A stretch of 64,000 nucleotides of DNA from positions 101,454-165,453 of the forward strand of contig CAWFOA010000008.1 of assembly GCA_963817275.1 (NCBI GenBank). The letters are read 5' to 3'. This document shows, in pieces, positions 19,608 to 29,459 of this stretch. How positions within the stretch are numbered: position 1 is the stretch's first letter; every line of letters begins with the position of its first letter. Source of the stretch: an uncultured Solirubrobacterales bacterium (lineage in GTDB: Bacteria > Actinomycetota > Thermoleophilia > Solirubrobacterales > 70-9). The position numbers and the translations under genes were made by a program. Below the pieces are notes generated by a model. The model had not been told where the DNA came from, did no database searches, and saw only the letters and a program-made list of their open reading frames with translations.

Positions 19608-21830
19608 TCAGGCCGTCGGGGTCACCCGGTATGCGTCGAAGACCGAGTCGACGTTTCGCAGCCGGGAGATGCACTGCTTGAGCTGCTCGGTGTCACCCAC
19701 CTCCAGGACGAAGCGGTTCTTCACCATCGGGTGCTTGGTCGTGCATCGCGCCTCCAGGATGTTCAGGCCCGCCTCCGCGAAGGTGCGCGATAGGTCTTCG
19801 AGGAGGCGCGTTCGGTCCCAGGCATCGACCTGGAGCTCCACCCGGTACGAGGACTCGTTGTCGCCATCCCAACTCACCTCGGTGAACCGCTCCGGTGCCT
19901 TTTTCAGGGCGGCGACGTTGCGGCAGTCCTCGCGGTGGACGGTGATGCCCCGCCCGAGCGAGACGTAGCCCACGATCTCGTCGCCGGGGACCGGGCGGCA
20001 GCACTTTGCGAGGCGCACGACGACGTCGTCGATGCCCTTGACCTTGATCCCGAAGTCCGTCGCCTCGCGGGTCCTGCGCCGGGCGTCATCGGTGCCCTTG
20101 ATCAGGCCCTCGGCCGGCTCCTCTTCGACAGCCTCACCACGCTTGAGGCGCTGCATCACCTTGTTCGTGACGACCTTGGTGGAGATCTTGGACTGGCCGA
20201 GCGCGATGTAGAAGTCATCCGCCTTGCGGAAGCCCATCTCCCGGATCACATCCACGAGCAGCGGCGAGCCGGCCAGCTTCGGGTAGGGCAGGCCCTGCTT
20301 CTTGAAGGCCTGGGCGAGCTGATCGCGGCCCTTGTGCTCGGCGTCCTCGCGTCCCTCGCGGGAGAACCAGGCGCGGATCTTGTTGCGCGCGCGGCTTGTG
20401 CGGACGAGCTTGAGCCAGTCGCGTGACGGGCCACGGCCCTGCTTGGCGGTGAGCGCCTCGACGATGTCGCCGCTGCGCAGCTGGTAGTGGAGCGGGACGA
20501 TCTTGCCGTTCACCTTCGCCCCGACGCAGCGGTGACCGACGTCGGTATGGATCGAGTAGGCGAAGTCCAGTGGCGTGGAGCCCGCGGCGAGGTTCTTCAC
20601 CTCACCCTTCGGGGTGAAGACGAAGACCTCGTCCTCGAAGAGGTCGACCTTGAGCGCCTCGAGAAACGCCTGCGGCCCTTGGTGCTCCTCGTTCTCGATC
20701 AGCTGGCGGAGCCAGGTCATCTTCTCCTTGCCCGGGTCGGCTGACGAGGAGCCCTCCTTGTAGATCACGTGCGCGGCGATCCCGTACTCGGCGAGCTCGT
20801 GCATCTCGGGCGTGCGGATCTGGATCTCGAGCGGGCGTCCCTCCGGGCCGATCACGGTGGTGTGGAGCGCCTGGTAGGCGTTCGCCTTGGGCATCGCGAC
20901 GAAGTCCTTGAAGCGGCCCGGCAGCGGCTTCCAGAGCGAGTGGACGATTCCGATCGCGCCGTAGCAGTCCTTAACGGACCCAACCAGGACCCGCATGGCG
21001 GTCAGGTCGAAGATCTCGTTGAACTCCCTGCCCTTGCGGGTCATCTTCGTGTAGATCGAGTAGAAGTGCTTGGCGCGGCCCGAGATCTCGGCATCGATCC
21101 CGACCTTGGCCAGCTCCTTCGCCAGGAACTCGCCGGCCCCCTCCACGTAGCGCTCCCGCTCGGTGCGCTGCTGGGCGACCAGCTCCTTGATCTCGTCGTA
21201 CTTGCGGGGGTGGAGCGTCGCGAAGGAGAGGTCCTCCAGCTCCCACTTGATCGCGTGGATCCCGAGGCGGTGCGCCAGAGGCGCGAAGATCTCGAGCGTC
21301 TCGCGCGCCTTCTCCTGCTGCTTCTGCTTGGGCAGCGCGCCGATCGTGCGCATGTTGTGCAGGCGGTCGGCCAGCTTGATCAGGATCACCCTGACGTCGG
21401 TGGCCATCGCGACCATCATCTTCCGGTAGTTCTCGGCCTGCCTCTCGTCGCGGCTCTTGAAGGTGATCTCGGTGAGCTTGGTCACGCCATCGACCAGCTG
21501 CGCGATCTCGTCTCCGAAGTCGTCGCGAACCTGATCGAGGCTGGCGCTGGTGTCCTCGACCGTGTCATGGAGGAGGGCTGCGCAGAGCGTCGCGGTGTCG
21601 AGGCGCAGGCCGGCGCAGATCCGCGCCACTCCGAGCGGGTGGGTGATGAAGTCCTCCCCGGAGCGGCGCTCCTGGCCCGCGTGGCTCTCGCAGGCGAACG
21701 CGAAGGCGCGCTCGATCTCCTGCCGATCGTCGGACTCCGCGCGGATCGGGAGCGTGCTCGGCGATCACGGCGAAGAGGTCGCCGAGGAGCGCACGCTGGT
21801 CGGCCGTCAGCTCGCGGGTGATCGAGTCGG
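19608..21830 (-). CDS. relA: Bifunctional (p)ppGpp synthetase/hydrolase; the N-terminal region is frameshifted near 21745 and the start is unresolved
   Basis: It contains the HD domain (HDTVEDT), the synthetase domain, TGS and ACT regions. The essential IERAFAFACESHAGQERRSGEDFITHPLGV lies upstream of the first usable start in that frame and is preceded by a TGA stop. The further N-terminal LLGDLFAVIAEHAPD lies in another frame. Confidence 0.88.
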
Positions 21831-21941
21831 CCCGGGGCGTGCTCGACTTGCCGGCGGGCTCGCCGACGCGCGTGTGACCCCGACGATCCTGATCGCGGAC
21901 GGCCTGGCCGTCGGCGAGCGCCTCGCCGTTCGTCTTGTCGG

Positions 21942-24578
21942 TTACGCCTGTGCTCTGCTTTGCAGGAATCGGATGGCCTCCTGGTCTCTGGCGATACAGG
22001 CACCGTAGGCCCGGGATCGCCCCAGATCGGTCCTCTCCGAGGATAAAACCCGCAGGGCGGCGGCGGCGCGATCCGGCAGCCACTCGCACAGATCGAGCTC
22101 GCAGAGAACCCGCACGCAGCGGGCGGCCGTCTCCGGCGTCCGCGGGTACTCGGACGCCCCTTCGAGCACGGCCCGCAGCCGGGAGCCGCCCGCCTCTCCC
22201 CCGGCCTCGTCGAGCGCCCGCCAGACCTCCGCGATCGCCCCCCGCAGATCCCACTCCCTGCCGAGCAGTCTCTCGGCGAGCTCGATCTCCGCCGGGCCCC
22301 AGGCCAGGTGGATGAATCCGCGGCCCTCACCCGCCGCCCACGCCAGGCCCTCGAGGGCCTCGCTCGGCGCGGGATCGATCGCCACCACGTGGCGGAAGCG
22401 CCGTGGAGCCTCGGGCCGGAGCGCGACCACCGTCCAGTCGACCAGGACCAGGCCCGCGCCGGGTTCGGCCTCCGAGGAAGTGTGTAGGGCCGCGTCGATC
22501 GATTCGGCCCCGCACCGACAGCAGGCGATCCGCGGCACGGCTGCTCCGAAGCGTCGTGGGTCCGCGGCCGAGGACGCAAGCTTCGCGCGGCGGGCGGCAT
22601 CGGCGCAGATCGCGAGGACCGACTCGCCGCTCGAGATCAGCTCCGCCAGGGAGGCCACCGCCGCTCCCCCGCGGCGATCGACCAGCTCTCGTCGTGGCCC
22701 CTCGGCGGCCCTGACATCGAGCAGCGCCCCAGGCCGGCCCTCGGCGACCCTCGTCATCTCGCGGTCCAGCCGATCCCACCACTCGCCGTCCGCGGCTGGG
22801 CAACCCTCGCCGCAGGGCCGGCCCCCGACGTCCGCCCGATCGGGCCGCTCGAGCGGGTAGAGCTCGCGGACGACGACGCGCGGCTGCTCCGTCCCGTTCC
22901 AGCGATCGACCTCGAGCTCAACGGAAAGGTCGAGCGGCTGGTCCTCACGCCGGGTGATCTCGCCGTTCATCCCGAATGCCACACCGGCGGCGCGACCAGC
23001 GCCGCTCTCGAGCTGGAACCTGGAGTGCTTGCCCTCCTCGCCCAGCGGCCGCACCTCGCGCAGCCGTCCTGATGGAACCAGCAGGCGTGGCCCTGGATTT
23101 CCCATCCCGAAAGGGCCGAGGCTCTCGAGCTGACGGGCGAGGTCCATGCCGATTCCCTCCCGGCCGACCCCGACCAGCGCATCGAGCTGGTCCATCCGGA
23201 TCAGGTCCGCGGCGTCGATCTCCGAGGTGGCGTGCTCGATGAAGGCATCGCGGAAGGCGTCCAGGCGATCGGCCTCCAGCTCCAGGCCCGCCGCGGCACG
23301 GTGACCGCCGTAGCGAGCGAGGTGCTCCGAGGTGGCGTCGAGGGCCGCCACCAGGTCGAATCCCGGGATGCTCCGGGCCGAGCCCTTGGCCCGGGCGCCG
23401 TCGACCGAGAGCAGGACCGTGGGCCGGAAGTGACGCTCGACCAGACGAGAGGCGGCGATCCCGACGACACCCGGGTGCCAGCCCTCTCCCGCCAGGACGA
23501 GCGCCGGGGCATCGGCCTGGGAGGGCGGCAGAGCGGAGCGCGCGCGCTCGGCGCCCTCCACCACCTTCTGCTCCGCCGAGCGCCGCTCGGCGTTGGCCCG
23601 GTCGAGCTCGGCCGCGATCGCGGCGGCGCGGTCCGGGTCGTCGGTGAGCATGAGCTCCACGCCCGCATCCGCCCGGTAGAGGCGGCCGGCGGCGTTGATC
23701 CGCGGGGCGAGCCGGAAGCCCAGCGCGCCGGCGTCGATGGTCTGGGGATCGACAGAGGCAACGGCCATCAGGGCGCGCAGGCCCGTTCGGGGGCTGTCGC
23801 GGAGAACGCGGAGGCCCTCGCGGACGAGCCGGCGGTTCTCCCCGACCAGCGGAACCATGTCGGCGACTGTGGCCAGCGCGACGAGGTCGAGATCCCGGTC
23901 GGTTGGATGACGCCTCCCCCCCGCTGTTTCCACGGATCTCCGCCCCGCCGCGTCGCAGAGCGCGGTGGCGAGCTTGTGGGCCACGCCGGCGGCGCAGAGT
24001 CCCTCGAACGGATAGTCGGAGACCACCGGGTGGATGACCGGGCAGTCCGGGAGCCGCTCGCCGGGCAGATGATGGTCGGTGACCACGACCTGGATGCCTG
24101 CGGCGCGCGCCGCCGCTACCTCGTCCACCGAGCCGATCCCGCAGTCGACCGTGATCACCAGCTCGGTGCCGCGGCTCTGCAGCTGCTGGACGCTCGCCAT
24201 CGTCAGCCCGTAGCCGTCCGAGAGCCGGTCCGGGATCAGCCAGTCGCACTCCGCCCCAAGCGAGCGGAGGGTCGAGACGAGGATGGCGGTCGAGGTGACG
24301 CCGTCGACGTCGTAGTCGCCGTGGATGGTGATCCGTCCCTGGCGGCGCGCGACCGCGAGGATCTGCTCGCAGACCTCCTCCATGCCGCGAAACTCGGATG
24401 GCTCGTGCGACTCGCGTGCCTCGAGGAAGCGCCGCGCAGCATCGACCGTTCGATAGCCGCGACGGACGAGCGTCACCGCGACCGGCTCGGCCAGCTCGAG
24501 CTCCGCGGCCAGGCGCCTGACCTCCCCGTAGTCATACGGATCGGCCTGAAACGCACGGGTGGATGCTGTCGAGGCCAT
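21942..24578 (-). CDS. recJ: Single-stranded-DNA exonuclease RecJ with a long C-terminal extension
   Basis: 878 aa. It has the DHH motifs ITIHGDYDVDGVTS and VVTDHH and the DHHA1 motif GGHRAAAG. About 300 extra C-terminal residues are unassigned. Confidence 0.9.
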   Translation of the reverse strand: MASTASTRAFQADPYDYGEVRRLAAELELAEPVAVTLVRRGYRTVDAARRFLEARESHEPSEFRGMEEVCEQILAVARRQGRITIHGDYDVDGVTSTAILVSTLRSLGAECDWLIPDRLSDGYGLTMASVQQLQSRGTELVITVDCGIGSVDEVAAARAAGIQVVVTDHHLPGERLPDCPVIHPVVSDYPFEGLCAAGVAHKLATALCDAAGRRSVETAGGRRHPTDRDLDLVALATVADMVPLVGENRRLVREGLRVLRDSPRTGLRALMAVASVDPQTIDAGALGFRLAPRINAAGRLYRADAGVELMLTDDPDRAAAIAAELDRANAERRSAEQKVVEGAERARSALPPSQADAPALVLAGEGWHPGVVGIAASRLVERHFRPTVLLSVDGARAKGSARSIPGFDLVAALDATSEHLARYGGHRAAAGLELEADRLDAFRDAFIEHATSEIDAADLIRMDQLDALVGVGREGIGMDLARQLESLGPFGMGNPGPRLLVPSGRLREVRPLGEEGKHSRFQLESGAGRAAGVAFGMNGEITRREDQPLDLSVELEVDRWNGTEQPRVVVRELYPLERPDRADVGGRPCGEGCPAADGEWWDRLDREMTRVAEGRPGALLDVRAAEGPRRELVDRRGGAAVASLAELISSGESVLAICADAARRAKLASSAADPRRFGAAVPRIACCRCGAESIDAALHTSSEAEPGAGLVLVDWTVVALRPEAPRRFRHVVAIDPAPSEALEGLAWAAGEGRGFIHLAWGPAEIELAERLLGREWDLRGAIAEVWRALDEAGGEAGGSRLRAVLEGASEYPRTPETAARCVRVLCELDLCEWLPDRAAAALRVLSSERTDLGRSRAYGACIARDQEAIRFLQSRAQA

Positions 24579-24608
24579 CCCGCCAACTTAAGTTCGGCCC
24601 CCGACGGA

Positions 24609-25547
24609 TTAATTGGCCTGGCGGCAATGCACCGCGCTGTGGTTCAGCGTGGTGCCATGCTCGCCCACGAAGGCGAGGCCTGCCCGGCCCGGGCTCAGGG
24701 CGATGCGGAGGGCGCCGTGCTCGGTGTCGTCGGCGAAGGCCAGGCGGCGGTCGTCCCGATTCACCGGATAGAGCTCCTGGCCCCCTGCGCCGTCGACCAG
24801 CGGCGTGATCCCGTCCACCGGATGCAGGCGCTGCATGTCGTGGTCGTGCCCCGACAGGACGATCGAGGCGTGCCCGCGGAGCTCGCCGAAGATCGGCTGG
24901 AGCGAGGTGAGATCGCCGTGCAAGCCGGCGCTGAAGACCGGATGGTGCATGAACGCGATCCGGCAGTTCCCGTAGCGCGGCGTCCTGCGGATCTCGCGGC
25001 GCAGCCAGTCGAGCTGCGACCGGGACGTCGAGGCCGGCGAGTTCGAGTTGAGGCTGATCAGCTGCCAGCCCGAGGCGGCGAACGCGTACCAGAATGGCGG
25101 CGGCGTCCCCCGGGCGGCGGTCCAGTAGGGGACGTAGCCGGTCGCAACGTTGGGCCACTCGTGATTGCCGATCGTCGGCGCGGTGATCCGGTCGAAGCGG
25201 CCGTACAGCGGCCTGTAGTTCGCCTGGAACTCGTCCGCCGTGCCGGACTCGTAGACGTCGCCGAGATAGAGCAACCGGTCGACCCGATGCGCAGCCACCA
25301 TGTCCGCGACCGCCCGGCCGTTCCCGCCGCCGTCCGCGCCGTCGCCGATCGCCCAGACCACCGAGCGCCGCTTTGTGCGGGAGGCCATCCAGCCCCCGCC
25401 GCCGCGGGGGCCGAGGTAGGCGGAGCGTAGGTGAGCGCCATCGACGTCACCCTTTGCACCTGAGTCGCCGCGGTCGTTCGCGACCAGCGCGATCAGGCTG
25501 AGTCCGGCGGCGGCTGCGGCTGCCAGCACGGCGATGCGCGCTCGCAT
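24609..25547 (-). CDS. Secreted calcineurin-like metallophosphoesterase
   Basis: 312 aa with a signal-like N-terminus. It has the GDGADGG, LGDVYESG, GNHEW and SGHDHDMQR motifs. Confidence 0.8.
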   Translation of the reverse strand: MRARIAVLAAAAAAGLSLIALVANDRGDSGAKGDVDGAHLRSAYLGPRGGGGWMASRTKRRSVVWAIGDGADGGGNGRAVADMVAAHRVDRLLYLGDVYESGTADEFQANYRPLYGRFDRITAPTIGNHEWPNVATGYVPYWTAARGTPPPFWYAFAASGWQLISLNSNSPASTSRSQLDWLRREIRRTPRYGNCRIAFMHHPVFSAGLHGDLTSLQPIFGELRGHASIVLSGHDHDMQRLHPVDGITPLVDGAGGQELYPVNRDDRRLAFADDTEHGALRIALSPGRAGLAFVGEHGTTLNHSAVHCRQAN

Positions 25548-25565
25548 GGGAATCCCCCCTCAGAG

Positions 25566-25838
25566 CTAGATGTGTTCCGGCTCGACGCCCGCGCGCACGC
25601 CCATGGCGTAGACGACGGCGAGGCCGATCACGCAACCGGGAATGGCGTATATGGCGGTCGCCAGGTCGGTATCCCCGATTCCCTTGGCCAGCAGGATCTG
25701 GGCGATCGCGCCGCTCGCCATCGCGCCAACCGCGGCGCCCATGAAGGCTCCGACGATTCCCCCCTTGAAGCGGTCGGGAACGAAGACCGTGAAGTGCCAG
25801 AGGGCAACTCCCATGGTGAACCAGACCAGAGCTGCCAT
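25566..25838 (-). CDS. GlsB/YeaQ/YmgE-family stress membrane protein
   Basis: 90 aa with three Gly-rich TM segments (GGIVGAFMGAAVGAMASGAI). Its start overlaps the secDF stop codon. Confidence 0.75.
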   Translation of the reverse strand: MAALVWFTMGVALWHFTVFVPDRFKGGIVGAFMGAAVGAMASGAIAQILLAKGIGDTDLATAIYAIPGCVIGLAVVYAMGVRAGVEPEHI

Positions 25839-28816
25839 CAGCGATTCCTCCCATGCTTTCGTCGCTTTTTCCGGCCACCGGACTGCTGCTCACGAACCCG
25901 CCGGAGCGCGGCGGCGCTCGCCTCGCTGAGCTCGGGGCGCTCGGCCTCGGTCTGGCCGTTGCCGGTCCGCTCGCCGTCACCCGACTGGCCGGCGCCGTCG
26001 CCCCCATCGGGCTCCGGCTCCCCGCCGCTCGGGGCGCCGACGGGCGCAGGCGGCTCGGGGCGCGCGGGCGGCTCGGGCCTGGGCGGCGCGGGCGGTGGAA
26101 CGACCGGGCTCGGGGTGTCGGGGAAGACACCGGGGACCTGGGAGCGGCTTGGGGCCGGTGCGGCCGGAATGGGCGTCTCCGCCTGAACCGGCTCCTCGGG
26201 GCCGCCCTCCACCCGGGCGATCACGTTGTCCTCGGGGAACGCGGGCACCACCCCGCCCATCTGCTCCTCGATCCGCTCGCGGCGGCGGCGGTAGGCGGGC
26301 TCCCGTTCCTTCCAGTGGGTGAGGACGGGCGAGGCGATGAAGATCGACGAGTACGTACCCGAGGCGAGCCCGACCATCATCGCGAAGGCGAAGTCCTTCA
26401 GCGTGGCGCCGCCGAAGATGAACAGCACGGTGACCAGGAAGACGCTCGCGAGGCCCGTGATCAGGGACCGGGTGAGAACCTCGCTCATGGAGCGGTTGAC
26501 GATCTGGGAGAAGGTCGCGCGCGGCAACCGCGGCACGTTCTCGCGCACTCGGTCGAACACGATGACGGTGTCGTAGAGCGAATAGCCAAGGATGGTGAGG
26601 AACGCGGCGACGGTACCGCTGGTCACCTCCCTCCCCGTCAGCGAATAGACGCCTCCCGTGATCAGGACGTCGTGGAAGAGGGCGATGATCACCGGCACGG
26701 CGTACTTCGGCTCGAACCGGAACGCGACGTACGCGCAGATGACCAGCAGCGAGAAGATGATCGCCTCGATCGCGCTGTTCGCCACCTGCTGGCCGAAGGT
26801 GGGCCCGACGGTCGTCGCGTTGAAGCCGTTGGGGACGATCCCGAACTGGTTCTGGAGCGCCGGCTGGACCTGCTGGATCTGGCTCGGCTCGGCCTGCGAG
26901 TCGATCTCGAAGACGTTGGTGCCGAGCTGCTTGTTGGTCGCCTTGGTGATCTCGGCGTCGTTGAGGCCCGCATTCTCGAGCGCGGTTCGCACGTCATCGA
27001 CCGTGGCGGCCTTTGCGAGCCCGACGCTGATCCGGCTGCCGCCCTCGAAGTCGATCCCGAGGTTGAGCTGCTTCGTCGCGAACGAGATCGCGCCGATCAG
27101 CAGGATCACGCCGGAGATCGAGAAGAAGATCCGGCTCGCCCGGGTGAAGTCGAAGTTCCACTTGAAGTGCTTTTCGCGCGCCCCGAGCACCGCCGGCGAC
27201 CGCAGGAAGTGCGCCCGGCCGAAGAGCCCGAGGAACGCCTGCGTGAAGACCACCGCGGTGAACAGCGAGGCGATCGTTCCCACGCCCAGGGTGAATGCGA
27301 ATCCCTTCACGTTCGACGTTGCGAGCGCAAAGAGGATGAAGGCCGTGATCAGGGTGATCACGTTGGCGTCGACGATCGTCGCGATCCCCCGCCGGTAGCC
27401 GGCGGAGATCGCGCTCAGCATCGATTTGCCGCCCCTCGCCTCTTCCTTGATCCGCTCGAAGATCACGATGTTGGCGTCGGCCGCCACCCCGATAGTCAGG
27501 ATCAACCCGGCGATGCCCGGCAGGGTGAGCGTGATCGGAATCAGCTTGATCAGGGCGAAGAAGAAGACGCCGTAGATCGCCAGTCCGACGACGGCGACGA
27601 AGCCCAGGAAGCGGTAGTAGATGAGCAGGAAGAGGCAGACCAGGATCAGCCCGACGATCCCGGCCTTGAGGCCCTGGTCGAGTGCCTGCTGGCCGAGCGT
27701 CGCCGAGACCGTGGAGCTCGAGATCTGCGTCAGGTCAACCGGCAGGGCGCCGAACTGAAGGATCTTGGCCAGGTCCTGGGACTCCCCCTGGGTGAGCCCG
27801 TTGATCTCCGCGCCGGTGCGCCCGTCGATCCCGTCCGGGTTGTCGACGAAGTTGATGATCGGGCGGGACTTGATCTGCTGGTCGAGGACGACCGCGAAGT
27901 GGCCCGAGTACTGATCGGCGAGCTGTGAGTTGCCGGCCACGCCCGGCGGCGCGCTCTGGAGTCCCCGCTGGGCGATCGTCTTGGTGACGTCGGAGAACTC
28001 CTGGCGGCCAGTGTCCGTGAATCCGAAGGTGACGTCGGGCTGGTTGAACTGGTCGAAGTTCGGCTTCGGGTCGGTGATGTCGGTCCCCGAGAGGGCGGGC
28101 CGGTCGCGGATCACGAACCATTCGGCCTCGGGGCTGTTCGGATCGGATACCTGTGTCTGTCCCTGGTCCGGCTCCTTCTGAACCACCAGGGTGCCCTGCG
28201 GGACCGCGAGGATCAGGCCGTTCGCGGGCTTCTTCTGGCCGGGCAGCTCGGAGTAGAGGTCTTTCTTGGTTTCCGCGGGACCCGAGATCCACTGGTGCGT
28301 CTGAGAGTTGAAGAGGTAGTAGGTGGGCCCGCTGGTCGTGCACTTGTTCTCGAAGCACTCGGGCGTCTGCGTGGAGGCGAGCTTGACTGCGTCGAATAAG
28401 CGGCCGAAGGAGGACTCGCTCCGCGGCACGTTCGTCTTCGCGGGGTTCGGGATGACGTTGGGCTCCCAGTCATAGAAATGGAGCTGCGCGGTCTGACCGA
28501 CCTGTTCGCTCGCCTTCGCGGCGTTGCTGACGTCCGGAAGCCCGATCCTGATGGAGTCGGAGCCGACCCTCGAGATCTCCGGCTCGGAAACGCCGAAGGC
28601 ATCGGTCCGCTTGCGGATGATCTCGATCGCGCGGTCGATGTCCGAGCCATCGATCGTCGGGTTCTGAGGCGTCGGGCGCGCCTGGAAGATCAGCTCGGTG
28701 CCGCCCTTCAGGTCGAGCCCGAGGGTCGTCTTGTTGCTCGCGATCGCGATGCCCGAGCCGACGATCAGCAGGCCGACGAAGGCGAGGATGAAGAGGTTGC
28801 GGCGGCGGTTGCTCAC
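25838..28816 (-). CDS. secDF: Fused protein-export membrane protein SecDF with a Pro/Gly/Glu-rich basic C-terminal tail
   Basis: 992 aa with a GTG start. It has the SecD periplasmic domain plus two 6-TM blocks (ANVITLITAFILF..., YDTVIVFDRVREN). The last 130 aa or so are low-complexity (PAPPRPEPPARPEPPAP...RKKRRKHGRNR). Confidence 0.9.
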   Translation of the reverse strand: MSNRRRNLFILAFVGLLIVGSGIAIASNKTTLGLDLKGGTELIFQARPTPQNPTIDGSDIDRAIEIIRKRTDAFGVSEPEISRVGSDSIRIGLPDVSNAAKASEQVGQTAQLHFYDWEPNVIPNPAKTNVPRSESSFGRLFDAVKLASTQTPECFENKCTTSGPTYYLFNSQTHQWISGPAETKKDLYSELPGQKKPANGLILAVPQGTLVVQKEPDQGQTQVSDPNSPEAEWFVIRDRPALSGTDITDPKPNFDQFNQPDVTFGFTDTGRQEFSDVTKTIAQRGLQSAPPGVAGNSQLADQYSGHFAVVLDQQIKSRPIINFVDNPDGIDGRTGAEINGLTQGESQDLAKILQFGALPVDLTQISSSTVSATLGQQALDQGLKAGIVGLILVCLFLLIYYRFLGFVAVVGLAIYGVFFFALIKLIPITLTLPGIAGLILTIGVAADANIVIFERIKEEARGGKSMLSAISAGYRRGIATIVDANVITLITAFILFALATSNVKGFAFTLGVGTIASLFTAVVFTQAFLGLFGRAHFLRSPAVLGAREKHFKWNFDFTRASRIFFSISGVILLIGAISFATKQLNLGIDFEGGSRISVGLAKAATVDDVRTALENAGLNDAEITKATNKQLGTNVFEIDSQAEPSQIQQVQPALQNQFGIVPNGFNATTVGPTFGQQVANSAIEAIIFSLLVICAYVAFRFEPKYAVPVIIALFHDVLITGGVYSLTGREVTSGTVAAFLTILGYSLYDTVIVFDRVRENVPRLPRATFSQIVNRSMSEVLTRSLITGLASVFLVTVLFIFGGATLKDFAFAMMVGLASGTYSSIFIASPVLTHWKEREPAYRRRRERIEEQMGGVVPAFPEDNVIARVEGGPEEPVQAETPIPAAPAPSRSQVPGVFPDTPSPVVPPPAPPRPEPPARPEPPAPVGAPSGGEPEPDGGDGAGQSGDGERTGNGQTEAERPELSEASAAALRRVREQQSGGRKKRRKHGRNR

Positions 28817-28921
28817 GGTGTTGAGGTGGTCACGCTAGCGGTCTGAGGCACGGGTTCCCGCCTCCATTGCAACACACGAACCCACCAACACATTCGGCGG
28901 CCACAAAAAGCGCCGCCGCGT

Positions 28922-29408
28922 CTACTCCGGCGTCAGGACGAGCAGCAGGCCGCCGTCGTCGTCATAGGCGGGGAAGAGGTCAGCCACCGCCTCCGTAGGC
29001 AGGTCGCCCTCCGCGTTCACGGCCACCTTCTTCCCCAGCGAGCGCACCCCCCACTCCAGCGTCGTCTCGATCGGATCGGTATCGCCATTTCCGTCGGTGT
29101 CGGCGGTCTGGCGCGCCGTCGGCCTTTTCGATCCACTGCAGGCCCAGGACGTCCCTGACCGGCCGGCCGATCACCTGCTCGTCCTTGAGGCCGGTGAGCT
29201 CGAAGGCGCCCTTGCCCAGGTCGAGGATCTTGCCCTCCTGGTCGCAGGTGAAGAAGGCGGCGCCGGGCGCCGGCATGTAGTCGTCGAGCAGCTCGAAGAG
29301 GAAGCCGAAGCCGCACTTGGAGCAGCCCTTGGGGCGCGTCGAGAAGCCGGCGGTGCGCTCCCCGCTCAGCTCCCTGTTCCCGCAGTTGGGGCAGATGAAG
29401 TACGGCAT
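28922..29408 (-). CDS. Small zinc-ribbon protein with a PAS-like segment, probably frameshifted near 29100
   Basis: It reads MPYFICPNCGN...CSKCG, a four-Cys ribbon. After ...QWIEKADGAPD the in-frame tail is Arg/Gly junk. Another frame reads ADTDGNGDTDPIETTLEWGVRSLGKKVAVNAEGDLPTEAVADLFPAYDDDGGLLLVLTPE followed by a stop. Confidence 0.5.
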
Positions 29409-29459
29409 GCGTGCCCAAGGCTAGCCGACGCCTGCGGTCGACCGGTGGGCAATCCGTGC

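Noticed and set aside
24586-24595. The AT-rich palindrome AACTTAAGTT just upstream of recJ, as a possible regulatory site or a -10 element for a leaderless transcript
   Set aside because: It is plausible but unsupported. A single 10-bp palindrome in a 30-nt spacer could arise by chance, and no second half-site or repeat was seen.
23232-25430. Very long ORFs antisense to well-supported genes. Examples include 5184-6689, 8480-9475, 11921-12757, 16684-17865, 23232-25430, 25853-27928, 29097-30653, 53030-54775 and 62788-63939.
   Set aside because: Each overlaps a gene with clear family motifs on the other strand. Their translations are low-complexity and R/A/G/P/D-rich, with no recognisable motifs. 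Long stop-free antisense frames are expected at about 70% GC.
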